This document shows positions 17,816 to 26,713 of a DNA stretch of 61,260 nt, piece by piece. The DNA comes from an uncultured Oscillospiraceae bacterium. GTDB taxonomy: Bacteria; Bacillota; Clostridia; Oscillospirales; Oscillospiraceae. The notes under the pieces are model-generated. The model was not told the DNA's origin, made no database searches, and saw nothing but the letters and a program-made list of their open reading frames with translations. The stretch's first letter is position 1. Every line of letters begins with the position of its first letter. The translations under genes and the position numbers were made by a program. The stretch spans positions 1 to 61,260 of the forward strand of contig CANROZ010000001.1 in NCBI GenBank assembly GCA_947632365.1, in the 5' to 3' direction.

Positions 17816-18814
17816 ATGTTGGGGGTTTTTGTCATGAGCTATCAAAATGAGGCGCCCCAGGTGTTACGGGAGTTTTTGGTGTATCACGACACCATCAAGG
17901 GACAGTCACAGCGCACGGTGGATTCCTATTTTATGGACCTGCGCACCTTTACCCGCTATCTCTACGTCGCCCGGGACCTGGTCCCCCGGGACACTGCTCT
18001 GGAGGATATCGACATCCGCGGCGCGGACCTGGACTTTTACGGCAAGGTGACGCTGACGGAGGTCTATGACTTTCTGGCCTATCTCTCCCGGGACCGGGAA
18101 CTGAACGCCGCCTCCCGGGCGCGGATGATCACCAGCCTGAAGGGTTTTTATAAATATCTCACGGTCAAGACGAAACAGCTCACTGTGGACCCGGTACAGG
18201 ACCTGGATACCCCCAAACTGCAAAAGTCTCTCCCCCACTACCTCACCCTGGAGGAGAGCCGTCGGCTGCTGTCAGCGGTGGACGGCAAGAACCGGGAACG
18301 GGATTACTGCATTTTGTGCCTTTTCCTCAACTGCGGGCTGCGTATCTCAGAGATGGTTGGGCTCAACCTGGCGGATATCCGCTCGGACAGCCTTCTCATC
18401 CACGGCAAGGGCAACAAGGAGCGGGTGGTCTATCTCAACGACGCCTGCGTGGAGGCGGTCAACGCCTGGCTGGCCGTCCGCAAGGATATCGTCACCACAG
18501 ACAAAAAGGCGGTGTTTCTGTCCAACCGCCGCAAGCGGGTCAGCGTGGACGCCATCCAGGTGATGGTCCACAAGACGCTCCTGAAGGCCGGGCTGGACGC
18601 CAGCACCATCTCCCCGCACAAGCTGCGCCACACCGCCGCCACCCTCATGCTGCAAAACGGCGTGGATGTGCGCACGCTCCAGGAGCTCTTGGGCCATGAG
18701 AGTCTGAACACCACCCAGATATATACCCATATCGCCAACGCGGAGCTGAAAAAGGCCGCCGCCGCCAACCCCCTGGCCAAATTCGGCCCGGCCAAAAACG
18801 ATTCGGAGGATTGA
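17816..18814 (+). CDS. tyrosine recombinase, XerC/XerD-like
   Basis: Catalytic R (GLRISE), HKLRHTAAT and LLGHESLNTTQIYTH are all present. The alternative start ATG 17834 is preceded by GGGGG. Confidence 0.88.
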   Translation: MLGVFVMSYQNEAPQVLREFLVYHDTIKGQSQRTVDSYFMDLRTFTRYLYVARDLVPRDTALEDIDIRGADLDFYGKVTLTEVYDFLAYLSRDRELNAASRARMITSLKGFYKYLTVKTKQLTVDPVQDLDTPKLQKSLPHYLTLEESRRLLSAVDGKNRERDYCILCLFLNCGLRISEMVGLNLADIRSDSLLIHGKGNKERVVYLNDACVEAVNAWLAVRKDIVTTDKKAVFLSNRRKRVSVDAIQVMVHKTLLKAGLDASTISPHKLRHTAATLMLQNGVDVRTLQELLGHESLNTTQIYTHIANAELKKAAAANPLAKFGPAKNDSED

Positions 18815-18820
18815 ACCCCC

Positions 18821-20221
18821 ATGGTATTCTCCAGCATCCTTTTCATGTTTATATATCTGCCCATCGTGCTGGCGGTGTACTATCTGGTGTCGTCCCGCTG
18901 GCGCAATGTGTGGCTGTTCGCGGTGAACCTGGTGTTTTACGGCTGGGGCGAGCCCGTGTATGTTTTTCTGATGGTCTTCTCCATCTGCCTGAACTATGTC
19001 AGCGGGCGGCTTATCGGAAAGTACCGGGAGACGGCGCTGCCCCGGGCCAAGCGGGTACTCATCATCAACACCGTGCTCAACCTGGCGATGCTGTTTTTCT
19101 TTAAGTATTTCGATCTCATGGCGGAGACGCTGAGCCTGATCCTCGGCGCGGATATCCCCACCTTGGGCCTGACGCTGCCTATCGGCATATCCTTCTACAC
19201 CTTCCAGACCATGAGCTACCCCATCGACGTATACCGGGGTGACGGGCATGTGCAGAAGAATTTCATCAAGTTCGGCACCTTCGTGGCCCTCTTCCCCCAG
19301 CTGATCGCCGGGCCCATCGTCCGCTACAAGGACATCGCCGACCAGCTGGACGAGCGGCATGAGAACCTGGACCAGTTCGCCTCCGGCGTGCAGCGGTTCA
19401 TCGTGGGTCTGGGGAAAAAGGTGCTCATCGCCAACAATGTTGGCATGCTCTGGGACGTGTACGCCAGTGCCGCGCCCGGCGAGCTCACCTTTTTGGGGAG
19501 CTGGCTGGCCGCCATCGCCTTCTCCCTGCAGATTTACTTTGATTTTTCCGGCTATTCCGACATGGCCATCGGCCTGGGACGGATGCTGGGCTTTGAGTTT
19601 CTGGAGAACTTCAACTATCCTTATATCTCCAAATCCGTGACGGAATTCTGGCGCCGCTGGCATATGAGTCTGGGCACCTGGTTCCGGGACTATGTGTATA
19701 TCCCTCTGGGCGGCAACCGCAAGGGTCTGCCCCGGCAGCTGGTCAACATCCTGATCGTCTGGGCCCTCACAGGCATCTGGCACGGGGCCAGCTGGACCTT
19801 CTTGGTCTGGGGGCTCTATTACGCCTTCTTCCTGCTGATGGAGAAGCTGTTTTTGCTGCGGTGGCTGAAAAAACTGCCCGCTTTTGTTGGCCATATCTAC
19901 ACCCTGGTGGTGGCGATATCCGGCTGGGTCATCTTCCAGCAGACCAGCGTGAGCCAGACGCTGGTGTTCTTCCGGGCCATGTTCGGCCTGGGCCAGGCGG
20001 GTCTCTGCTCCGGACAGGATATGTACTATCTCGCCGGGTTTGTCGCCATCCTCCTGATCGGCTGCGTGGCCAGTCTCCCGGCGGGAAGCGCTCTGTTCAA
20101 AAAGCTGCCGCAAAAGTTCCGCGCCGTGGCCGTTCCGGTGCTGGCGGCGGTGGTGCTGGTGGTGTCCACGGCCTACCTGGTGGACTCCACCTACAACCCC
20201 TTCCTCTACTTCCGGTTCTGA
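18821..20221 (+). CDS. MBOAT family O-acyltransferase (AlgI/DltB-like)
   Basis: Polytopic, 466 aa, with WRRWHMSLGTWFRDYVYIPLGGNR carrying the conserved MBOAT His. Confidence 0.9.
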   Translation: MVFSSILFMFIYLPIVLAVYYLVSSRWRNVWLFAVNLVFYGWGEPVYVFLMVFSICLNYVSGRLIGKYRETALPRAKRVLIINTVLNLAMLFFFKYFDLMAETLSLILGADIPTLGLTLPIGISFYTFQTMSYPIDVYRGDGHVQKNFIKFGTFVALFPQLIAGPIVRYKDIADQLDERHENLDQFASGVQRFIVGLGKKVLIANNVGMLWDVYASAAPGELTFLGSWLAAIAFSLQIYFDFSGYSDMAIGLGRMLGFEFLENFNYPYISKSVTEFWRRWHMSLGTWFRDYVYIPLGGNRKGLPRQLVNILIVWALTGIWHGASWTFLVWGLYYAFFLLMEKLFLLRWLKKLPAFVGHIYTLVVAISGWVIFQQTSVSQTLVFFRAMFGLGQAGLCSGQDMYYLAGFVAILLIGCVASLPAGSALFKKLPQKFRAVAVPVLAAVVLVVSTAYLVDSTYNPFLYFRF

Positions 20222-20232
20222 GGTGCGCGGCT

Positions 20233-21360
20233 ATGAGCAAGATGGAAAAGATCATCATACTGGCGGTGTTTCTGGGCTTCATCGGGGCGTTTCTGCTGCT
20301 GATGGTCGTCATGCCCGACCGGGATTTTTCCCAGCAGGAGAATCGGTATTTGCAGCGGCTGCCGATTTTTTCCCTGGACGCGCTGACCGAGGGGGATTAC
20401 ACGGCGGATTTTGAGAAATACACCACCGACCAGTTCCCCTTCCGGGACGCCTGGACGAGCCTGAAGGCCCGGTGCGAGCTGCTCCTCGGCAAGAAGGAGA
20501 ATAACGGCGTCTACTATTGCGCGGGCGGCGCGCTGATCCCCCATTTTGACGTCCCCGCAAAAGAGGCTGTGGACAAAAACATCGACTATCTGAACGCGTT
20601 GGTGGACAATACGGATATCCCGGTCTACTTCGGCCTGATCCCCGGCGCAGGCGAGGTGCAGTCCTCCCTCCTGCCGAAAAACGCCCCCATAGGCAGCCAG
20701 CAGACCGTCATCGACTGGGCCTATGGACGCAGCCGGGCCATCAACATCGACGTGCAGTCCGCCCTGAGCGCGCACAAGGACGAGTATATCTTCTACCGCA
20801 CCGATCACCATTGGACCAGCCTTGGCGCCTATTACGGGAGCCTGGCGCTGCGCCAGGCCTGGGCCCTGCCCTGCCCCGCCCTGGACAGCTACCAGCGCCA
20901 GACGGTATCGGAGAGCTTTTACGGCACCACCTATTCCTCCTCTGGCTATGCCTGGGTCGCCCCGGATGAGATGGAGACTTTTGTGCCGGACGACGGCTCC
21001 GCCACGGTGCTGGACCTGGGGAATGACCCGCCCACAGAGGGGCCGCTGTACGACACCTCCTTCCTGGATGTGAAGGACAAGTACTCCATGTTCCTGGGCG
21101 GCAACACGCCCCTGCGCTCCATCGATACGGGCCATGAGGGCGAAAAGCTGCTGGTCATCCGGGATTCCTATTCCGACAGCCTGGCACCCTTCCTGCTGGA
21201 CAGCTTCTCCCGCATCGATCTGATGGACCTGCGGTATTACCGGGACTCCCTGGCACAGTATATCCAGGACAACGGCTTTGACAAGATACTGGTGCTCTAC
21301 AGCGTCAGCAATTTCTCCACGGACCAGAACCTGTTCCTGCTGGACCCCACACTGTTTTGA
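20233..21360 (+). CDS. DHHW motif protein (AlgJ/AlgX-like SGNH acyl-transfer partner)
   Basis: N-terminal TM anchor and YRTDHHWTSLGAYY motif. Start refined to ATG 20233. Confidence 0.85.
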   Translation: MSKMEKIIILAVFLGFIGAFLLLMVVMPDRDFSQQENRYLQRLPIFSLDALTEGDYTADFEKYTTDQFPFRDAWTSLKARCELLLGKKENNGVYYCAGGALIPHFDVPAKEAVDKNIDYLNALVDNTDIPVYFGLIPGAGEVQSSLLPKNAPIGSQQTVIDWAYGRSRAINIDVQSALSAHKDEYIFYRTDHHWTSLGAYYGSLALRQAWALPCPALDSYQRQTVSESFYGTTYSSSGYAWVAPDEMETFVPDDGSATVLDLGNDPPTEGPLYDTSFLDVKDKYSMFLGGNTPLRSIDTGHEGEKLLVIRDSYSDSLAPFLLDSFSRIDLMDLRYYRDSLAQYIQDNGFDKILVLYSVSNFSTDQNLFLLDPTLF

Positions 21361-21374
21361 CGAGGTGAAACGCC

Positions 21375-21785
21375 ATGAAGATCACCCTTGACCCCGGTGC
21401 CTATATGCCCACCCGTGCTCACGCCACCGACGCAGGGCTGGACCTTTACGCCCGGGAGAGCGTCACCATCCCCGCAGGAGGCAGCGGCATATTCGACACG
21501 GGGGTGCATATCTCCCTGCCCCACGGGACCGTGGGCATGCTGAAAAGCAAGAGCGGCCTGAACGTGAAGAAGAATCTTCTCTGCGAGGGCGTCATCGACG
21601 AGGGCTACACGGGCCCCATCGTGGCCAAGGTCTACAACCACGGTCAGCAAGACGTGACCATCGAGGCGGGGATGAAGCTGGTGCAGCTGGTGATCCTCCC
21701 CATCCTGACCCCGGAGCTGGAGCTGGTGGATTCCCTGGAGGACACCGCCCGGGGCGACGGCGGTTTTGGCAGCACAGGCGCATAA
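21375..21785 (+). CDS. dut: dUTP diphosphatase
   Basis: 136 aa with AGLDLYA, KSGL and IDEGYTGP trimeric dUTPase motifs. Confidence 0.92.
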   Translation: MKITLDPGAYMPTRAHATDAGLDLYARESVTIPAGGSGIFDTGVHISLPHGTVGMLKSKSGLNVKKNLLCEGVIDEGYTGPIVAKVYNHGQQDVTIEAGMKLVQLVILPILTPELELVDSLEDTARGDGGFGSTGA

Positions 21786-21797
21786 AATTGTATAAGA

Positions 21798-21828
21798 ACC
21801 CCCCCTTTGGCTCGTCCAAAGGGGGGTT
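21798..21828. terminator. bidirectional hairpin between convergent dut and the lipoprotein gene
   Basis: AACCCCCCCTTTGG-CTCGT-CCAAAGGGGGGTT. T-tracts are weak on both sides. Confidence 0.5.
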
Positions 21829-21840
21829 GATAGGATGTTT

Positions 21841-22281
21841 TCAGCCGTAGCCGTGGTCGGCATGCACCCACTTTCCACCCTGGTCGCGGATCAGGATCCA
21901 CTCCCAATCCCAATAGGTGGAGTTTGGGTTGAGGGAGCCGTCGCCGCCGGAGGCGTCCACATCGAAGTCGGAGTGGATGACGATGGCCTCATCGGCGTCG
22001 TACTGCGCTGCCCATTGGCGGAACTCACGGGCGTCATCCCCGGGGTATCGCAGCTCTATGAGCGTGCAGCCGGAAAATCCCTTGGAAAAATATTTCTGCA
22101 CAGTCTGCATGGCCGCTTCGATATCGCTGTCCGAGTAAAGCTGTGAGGGCGTCCAGGCCGGGATGCTCACATGGCTGACATCCCCTCCGCCGCGGCACGA
22201 TGTGAGCAGCAGCGCCAGGAGGAGTGACAGCAGCATACAAGCCTTTTTCACGGTGCATGCCCTCCTTTTCGATCCGGTCAC
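21841..22281 (-). CDS. putative lipoprotein, last gene of the RR-HK operon
   Basis: Lipobox LLLTSC after a signal peptide. ATGA overlap with the histidine kinase stop. Family unknown. Confidence 0.7.
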   Translation of the reverse strand: MTGSKRRACTVKKACMLLSLLLALLLTSCRGGGDVSHVSIPAWTPSQLYSDSDIEAAMQTVQKYFSKGFSGCTLIELRYPGDDAREFRQWAAQYDADEAIVIHSDFDVDASGGDGSLNPNSTYWDWEWILIRDQGGKWVHADHGYG

Positions 22282-24170
22282 AGGTCGGTTTTCGACGGCA
22301 GGACAGGCGGCGGCACCGCCGATGGGAACGTCACCTGGGCCTTGAACAGGTCGCCGTCCAGTATGAGCTCCAGTTTGCCGCCCATGAGCTCCGTGAGGCT
22401 TCGGGCGATGGAGAGGCCCAGGCCGCTTCCCTCGGTGCCCCGGGAGCTGTCGCCCCGGACGAAGCGCTCCATCAGCTCGTCCGCCGGGATGTCCAGGGGC
22501 GCCCGGGAGGTGTTTTTTACCTCGATGACCGTGCCCTGCTCCCCCACCGTCACGTCAAAATAGGCACGGGTGCCGCACTGGGCGTATTTGATGATGTTGG
22601 TGATGAAGTTATCCAGCACCCGGCCCAGCAGCCGCCCGTCCGCCCAGATGCGCGTCTCGCCCTGGGGCGCGTGGATCACTGGCTCCACGCCCACGGCCTG
22701 CAGCCGCTCGGCGTACTCCCCCACCGACTGCTCCACCAGCTCCCCCACGTCCACCAGCTCCGCGTTCACTGTCATCACGCCGCTGGCGGCTTTGGACGCC
22801 TCGATCACGTCCTCGGTGAGCTTTTTCAGCTTGTCGCTCTGTCGGTCCAGCACGTCCAGATACTCCCGCTGGGTCTCCGGCGGAAGATCGTCCTGCTTCA
22901 AGAGCGATACGTAGTTGATGATGGAGGTCAGGGGCGTTTTCAGATCGTGGCTCACGTTGGTGATGAGCTCGGTCTTCATCCGCTCGGAGCGCATCTGCTT
23001 TTCTACCGCTGCGGTCATGCCCTCGCCGATGCTGTTCAGATCGCTCCCCAGCTCCTTCCACACGGCGTGCAGATGGTCCGTATCCACCTTGTAATTCAGG
23101 TCCCCCGCCGCCAGGGCGTTGGACGCCTTGCGGATACGCTTGGCCTCCACAGTCCAGCGGATAAGGAAGGGCATCGTGACGGCGTCGAAGAGGAACATGA
23201 CCAGCAGCCAGGTGATCACCGCGTCATAGCTGAATAGCCCGCCCACAAAGAGCATCAGTCCCACGACCAGCAGCAGGATATGCAGCCCGCACAGCACGCC
23301 CGTGAGCACGCCTGGGGTCATGCGGCTGGCAAGACGGTAGAGAAGCAGCCTGTCCCGCAGCGTTCCGCCCGCCAGCTGGTTGGCCAATATCACTGCCAGG
23401 GCGGCCAGATACCAGAGCTGGAAGATGTGCTGGATGCGGTACTCGTATATCGCCAGCTCGATGATCATGTCCAGGACCCGTTGGTCCATCATCCGATAGA
23501 GCAGCGGCTCGCCCAGTGTGATCACCAGCCACAGTACCACCACCGCCGCATCAAAGGGGATGCGCCCGGAGAGAGTGGATACGCCGCTCTTCCCCACCGC
23601 CACCGCCGCGCCGATGGAGAAGATCAAAAGCCCCACCGTCAGCAGCGAGCAGATGATGAGTCCCGGCAGGAATAGCCCCCGCAGAGGGAACAAGAGCTCG
23701 AAGATATAAAATTCCCGGTAGCAGCCCTCATAGGGCTCTACGGGCAGGTTGACATACCCGGCGACGGTGTACTCCCGGTAGCTGTCGTCCACCCCCTCGG
23801 TCCAGTAGATGCCAAGATCGGTCTCGGTGACGTACTGGGACTTCTCCGTGCGGGTGTCGGCGGTGATCTGGCCCGTGGCGGCGTCCGTCACCGTATAGGA
23901 GAAGGCCGCGCCGCCGTAGGTGCCCAGGGAGGTGCTGGTGGGGTCGCGCAGCCACTGGATGTTGCTGGACACATAGTTCAGGCACCCGTCGATATAGGTG
24001 CGGCACATACCGGAGGAGGCAAAGGTCAGCCCCGTCTCGCTCTTGCTGTACCAGCCGTCCTCCAGGGCGAAGCTGTATACCCAAAAGAATACCAGGGCGG
24101 CGGCGGAGAAAAGGCAGAACAGGATCAGAGCGATCGCCCTGACCCATATCCGCTCCATTGCTGGCCGCAT
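22278..24170 (-). CDS. sensor histidine kinase (multi-TM, extracytoplasmic loop, HAMP-HisKA-HATPase)
   Basis: H-box ITNVSHDLKTPLTS, N-box NIIKYA, G-box GSGLGLSIA. Start refined to ATG 24170, 6 nt after the RR stop. Confidence 0.9.
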   Translation of the reverse strand: MRPAMERIWVRAIALILFCLFSAAALVFFWVYSFALEDGWYSKSETGLTFASSGMCRTYIDGCLNYVSSNIQWLRDPTSTSLGTYGGAAFSYTVTDAATGQITADTRTEKSQYVTETDLGIYWTEGVDDSYREYTVAGYVNLPVEPYEGCYREFYIFELLFPLRGLFLPGLIICSLLTVGLLIFSIGAAVAVGKSGVSTLSGRIPFDAAVVVLWLVITLGEPLLYRMMDQRVLDMIIELAIYEYRIQHIFQLWYLAALAVILANQLAGGTLRDRLLLYRLASRMTPGVLTGVLCGLHILLLVVGLMLFVGGLFSYDAVITWLLVMFLFDAVTMPFLIRWTVEAKRIRKASNALAAGDLNYKVDTDHLHAVWKELGSDLNSIGEGMTAAVEKQMRSERMKTELITNVSHDLKTPLTSIINYVSLLKQDDLPPETQREYLDVLDRQSDKLKKLTEDVIEASKAASGVMTVNAELVDVGELVEQSVGEYAERLQAVGVEPVIHAPQGETRIWADGRLLGRVLDNFITNIIKYAQCGTRAYFDVTVGEQGTVIEVKNTSRAPLDIPADELMERFVRGDSSRGTEGSGLGLSIARSLTELMGGKLELILDGDLFKAQVTFPSAVPPPVLPSKTDL

Positions 24171-24175
24171 CACCG

Positions 24176-24859
24176 TCACCCCTCTATCTTGTAGCCCTTT
24201 CCCCATACCACTTTCAGATACCGCGGCTCGGCCGGGTCGATCTCCAGCTTTTCCCGCAGATGCCGAATGTGCACGGCCACCGTGCCCTCGGCCCCCACAG
24301 GCATGTCCTTCCACACGGCCCGGTATATCTCCTTGCTGGAGAAGACCTTGCCGGGGTTCTCCATAAAGAACTTCAGGATGTCGTATTCCTTGGGAGTGAT
24401 GGTGACCTCTTCCCCGTCCAGCGTCACGGTCTTGTTGTCGTCGTCCAGCTCGATGCCGCCGATGACCAGCGCCGAGGAGCGCTCCTCCCGGTCGGCGCGC
24501 ATATAGCGGCGCAGGATCGCCTTCACACGGGCCAGGACCTCCTGGACATTGAAGGGCTTGGTCACGTAGTCGTCCGCACCGAGCTCCAGACCTGTGATTT
24601 TGTCCTCATCCTCGCTCTTGGCCGTCAGGAGGATGACGGGGATGTTGCTCTTTTGCCGCAGCAGGGCCAGAGCGGACACGCCGTCCAGTTCCGGCATCAT
24701 CACATCCAGCAGGATGAGATGCACCTCCTCCCTCTCCACCGTGTCCAGCAGCTCCCGGCCGTTCTCTGCCTCCAGGACCCGGTATCCGGCTTCAGAGAGA
24801 TATATATTCAACGCGCGGCGGATATCTCTGTCGTCATCGCAGATCAGCACAGTGTACAC
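24176..24859 (-). CDS. OmpR-family response regulator
   Basis: VLICDDD...LDVMMPELDG receiver plus a winged-helix C-terminus (RYLKVVWGKGYK). GTG start with SD AAGGGGAGG. Confidence 0.92.
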   Translation of the reverse strand: MYTVLICDDDRDIRRALNIYLSEAGYRVLEAENGRELLDTVEREEVHLILLDVMMPELDGVSALALLRQKSNIPVILLTAKSEDEDKITGLELGADDYVTKPFNVQEVLARVKAILRRYMRADREERSSALVIGGIELDDDNKTVTLDGEEVTITPKEYDILKFFMENPGKVFSSKEIYRAVWKDMPVGAEGTVAVHIRHLREKLEIDPAEPRYLKVVWGKGYKIEG

Positions 24860-24930
24860 CCGATCGCCTCCCCTTGGTAGTATCGGTGTACAAAGGGTAA
24901 CACAAAATGACAAATTATTAAAGAGGGAAA

Positions 24931-24948
24931 TTCTTAAGATTTTCTTAA
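24931..24948 (-). promoter_or_regulatory. direct repeat TTCTTAA-N4-TTCTTAA (11-bp period) upstream of the RR gene: candidate RR box
   Basis: Two identical heptamers one helical turn apart, 72-89 nt upstream of the RR start. Confidence 0.3.
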
Positions 24949-24954
24949 TTCCGA

Positions 24955-24986
24955 CAAAATTAAATGCCCCGGAGCTTCTCCAGGGC
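24955..24986 (-). terminator. intrinsic terminator after the P-type-ATPase-like gene
   Basis: Minus strand reads GCCCTGGAG-AAG-CTCCGGGGC followed by ATTTAATTTT. Confidence 0.65.
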
Positions 24987-25003
24987 AGAATGGGTCGTAA
25001 ATG

Positions 25004-26704
25004 CTATTTTTCCGGGATAACGGGCTCCTTCATGATGAAGGCCCGCAGGGAGTTGAGCACCGCCAGCAGCGCCACGCCCACGTCGGCAAACACAGCTAGC
25101 CACAGCGGGCAGGTGCCGAACATGTCCAGCACCAGGATGACCAGCTTGAAGGCCAGGGCGAACAGGATGTTCTGCCACACGATGATACGGGTGTGCCGGG
25201 CCGCGTTCATGGCCGTCACCACCTTGGCGGGAGACGCGCCCATGATGACCACATCCGCCGCCTGGATCGCGGCGTCGGACTGGGCGCCGTGCAGGGCCAT
25301 GCCCACGTCCGCCTCCCGGATGCAGTCCCCGGCGGTGTCCGCGTCGCCCACGAAAATGAGAGTGCCACGGCGGATGCGGTGGGTCTGGATCTCCTTCACC
25401 ACAGCCACCTTGTCCGAGCTCTTGCAGTTGGGATAATACTCGTCGATGCCCACCTGGCGGGCGAATTTTTCCGCGGCGGCGGAGCTCTCCTCGGCGATCA
25501 TGGACACCTGCTTTTTCTTATCCCAGTACAGCACTGTCACCGTGCCGGATACCTCCGGCTTGGCAACGCTGCCAAAGGTGATGCGCCCGGCGTACTGGCC
25601 GTCGATGCCCAGATATACGCATGTCTCCTCCAGAGCGTCCCGGTCCGGGTCCACGCCATGCTCCCGCACGAACGCCAGGGGCCCCAAAACGATCTTCACC
25701 CCGTCCACCTCCACGGTGATGCCGAAGCCGTCGCTCTGCTGCTGGAAGCTCTGGATGAGCTCGATGTAGATGACGCCCTTGTAGGCGGCCTTGATGGACT
25801 CGGCAAAGGGATCATCAGAGTAGGCGCAGGCGTGGGCGGCGATGCGCAGGAACACGTCCGCGTCCATCTTCTCGCTCTTGATGGACACCACGCGCAGCCC
25901 CTCCCCCTCCAGGGCGCCGGATTTGTCAAAGACTACCTCCCTGGCCCGGGACACATCGTCCATGGAGCAGGTGCTCTTGAAGAGAATGCCCTGCCGGGTG
26001 GCGCCGCCGATGCCGGCGAAGTAGCTCAGCGGCACGGAGATGACGATGGCGCAGGGGCAGGCGATCACCATGAGCACCAGGGCCCTGTACACGCTCTCCG
26101 TCACTGTCACATGCAGCAGCATCGGCGACGCCACCGCGATGATGATGGCGATGGCCAGCACCACAGGGGTATAGATACGGGCAAAATGGGTGATAAATTC
26201 CTCCGTGCGGCCCTTGCGTCCCTTGTCGGAGCGCACGTCCGCCAGCACGGCGCTGGCCTCCGGGGAGCGATTCTCCATGAGCCCCTCGATATTCTGGCGC
26301 ACCTTCGCCACGGCGTAGCCCTGGAACAGCTCGCCGATCTGGTAGAGGATCATCACGCTGGCGCCCTCGCTGGACTCCTGGATGATGACCGAGGCGATGG
26401 CCACTACGCTCATGAGGAGGCTCTCGTCGAACAGCTTCTTGTGGAAGATGTTTGCCACAGCCCGGATGAAAACGTCGTACCCTGCCGCCAGGATCGCCAA
26501 CACGTTCAGCCCCAGCGCCAGCGGCGGCATGAGATGCTCCGCCACGACGCCGCCTATGAAGAACACACAGGCCGCGGCAAGCCGCCAGACCATCACCGTG
26601 TCAAAGCCATGATGCTCGTGGTGATGCTCCTCCATGCAGCTGTCGCAGGTGCAGTCGTGCCCGTGTCCGGCAACGGCCTGCTTTATCTCCCGAATAAAGC
26701 CCAT
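25004..26704 (-). CDS. degenerate P1B-type (heavy-metal) ATPase homologue lacking the actuator domain
   Basis: His/Cys-rich N-terminus, 8 predicted TM helices, CPC motif (VIACPCAIV). DKSGA replaces DKTGT, YWD replaces TGD, GDADTAGD replaces GDGxND. No TGES region. Confidence 0.8.
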   Translation of the reverse strand: MGFIREIKQAVAGHGHDCTCDSCMEEHHHEHHGFDTVMVWRLAAACVFFIGGVVAEHLMPPLALGLNVLAILAAGYDVFIRAVANIFHKKLFDESLLMSVVAIASVIIQESSEGASVMILYQIGELFQGYAVAKVRQNIEGLMENRSPEASAVLADVRSDKGRKGRTEEFITHFARIYTPVVLAIAIIIAVASPMLLHVTVTESVYRALVLMVIACPCAIVISVPLSYFAGIGGATRQGILFKSTCSMDDVSRAREVVFDKSGALEGEGLRVVSIKSEKMDADVFLRIAAHACAYSDDPFAESIKAAYKGVIYIELIQSFQQQSDGFGITVEVDGVKIVLGPLAFVREHGVDPDRDALEETCVYLGIDGQYAGRITFGSVAKPEVSGTVTVLYWDKKKQVSMIAEESSAAAEKFARQVGIDEYYPNCKSSDKVAVVKEIQTHRIRRGTLIFVGDADTAGDCIREADVGMALHGAQSDAAIQAADVVIMGASPAKVVTAMNAARHTRIIVWQNILFALAFKLVILVLDMFGTCPLWLAVFADVGVALLAVLNSLRAFIMKEPVIPEK

Positions 26705-26713
26705 CTAGATCGT

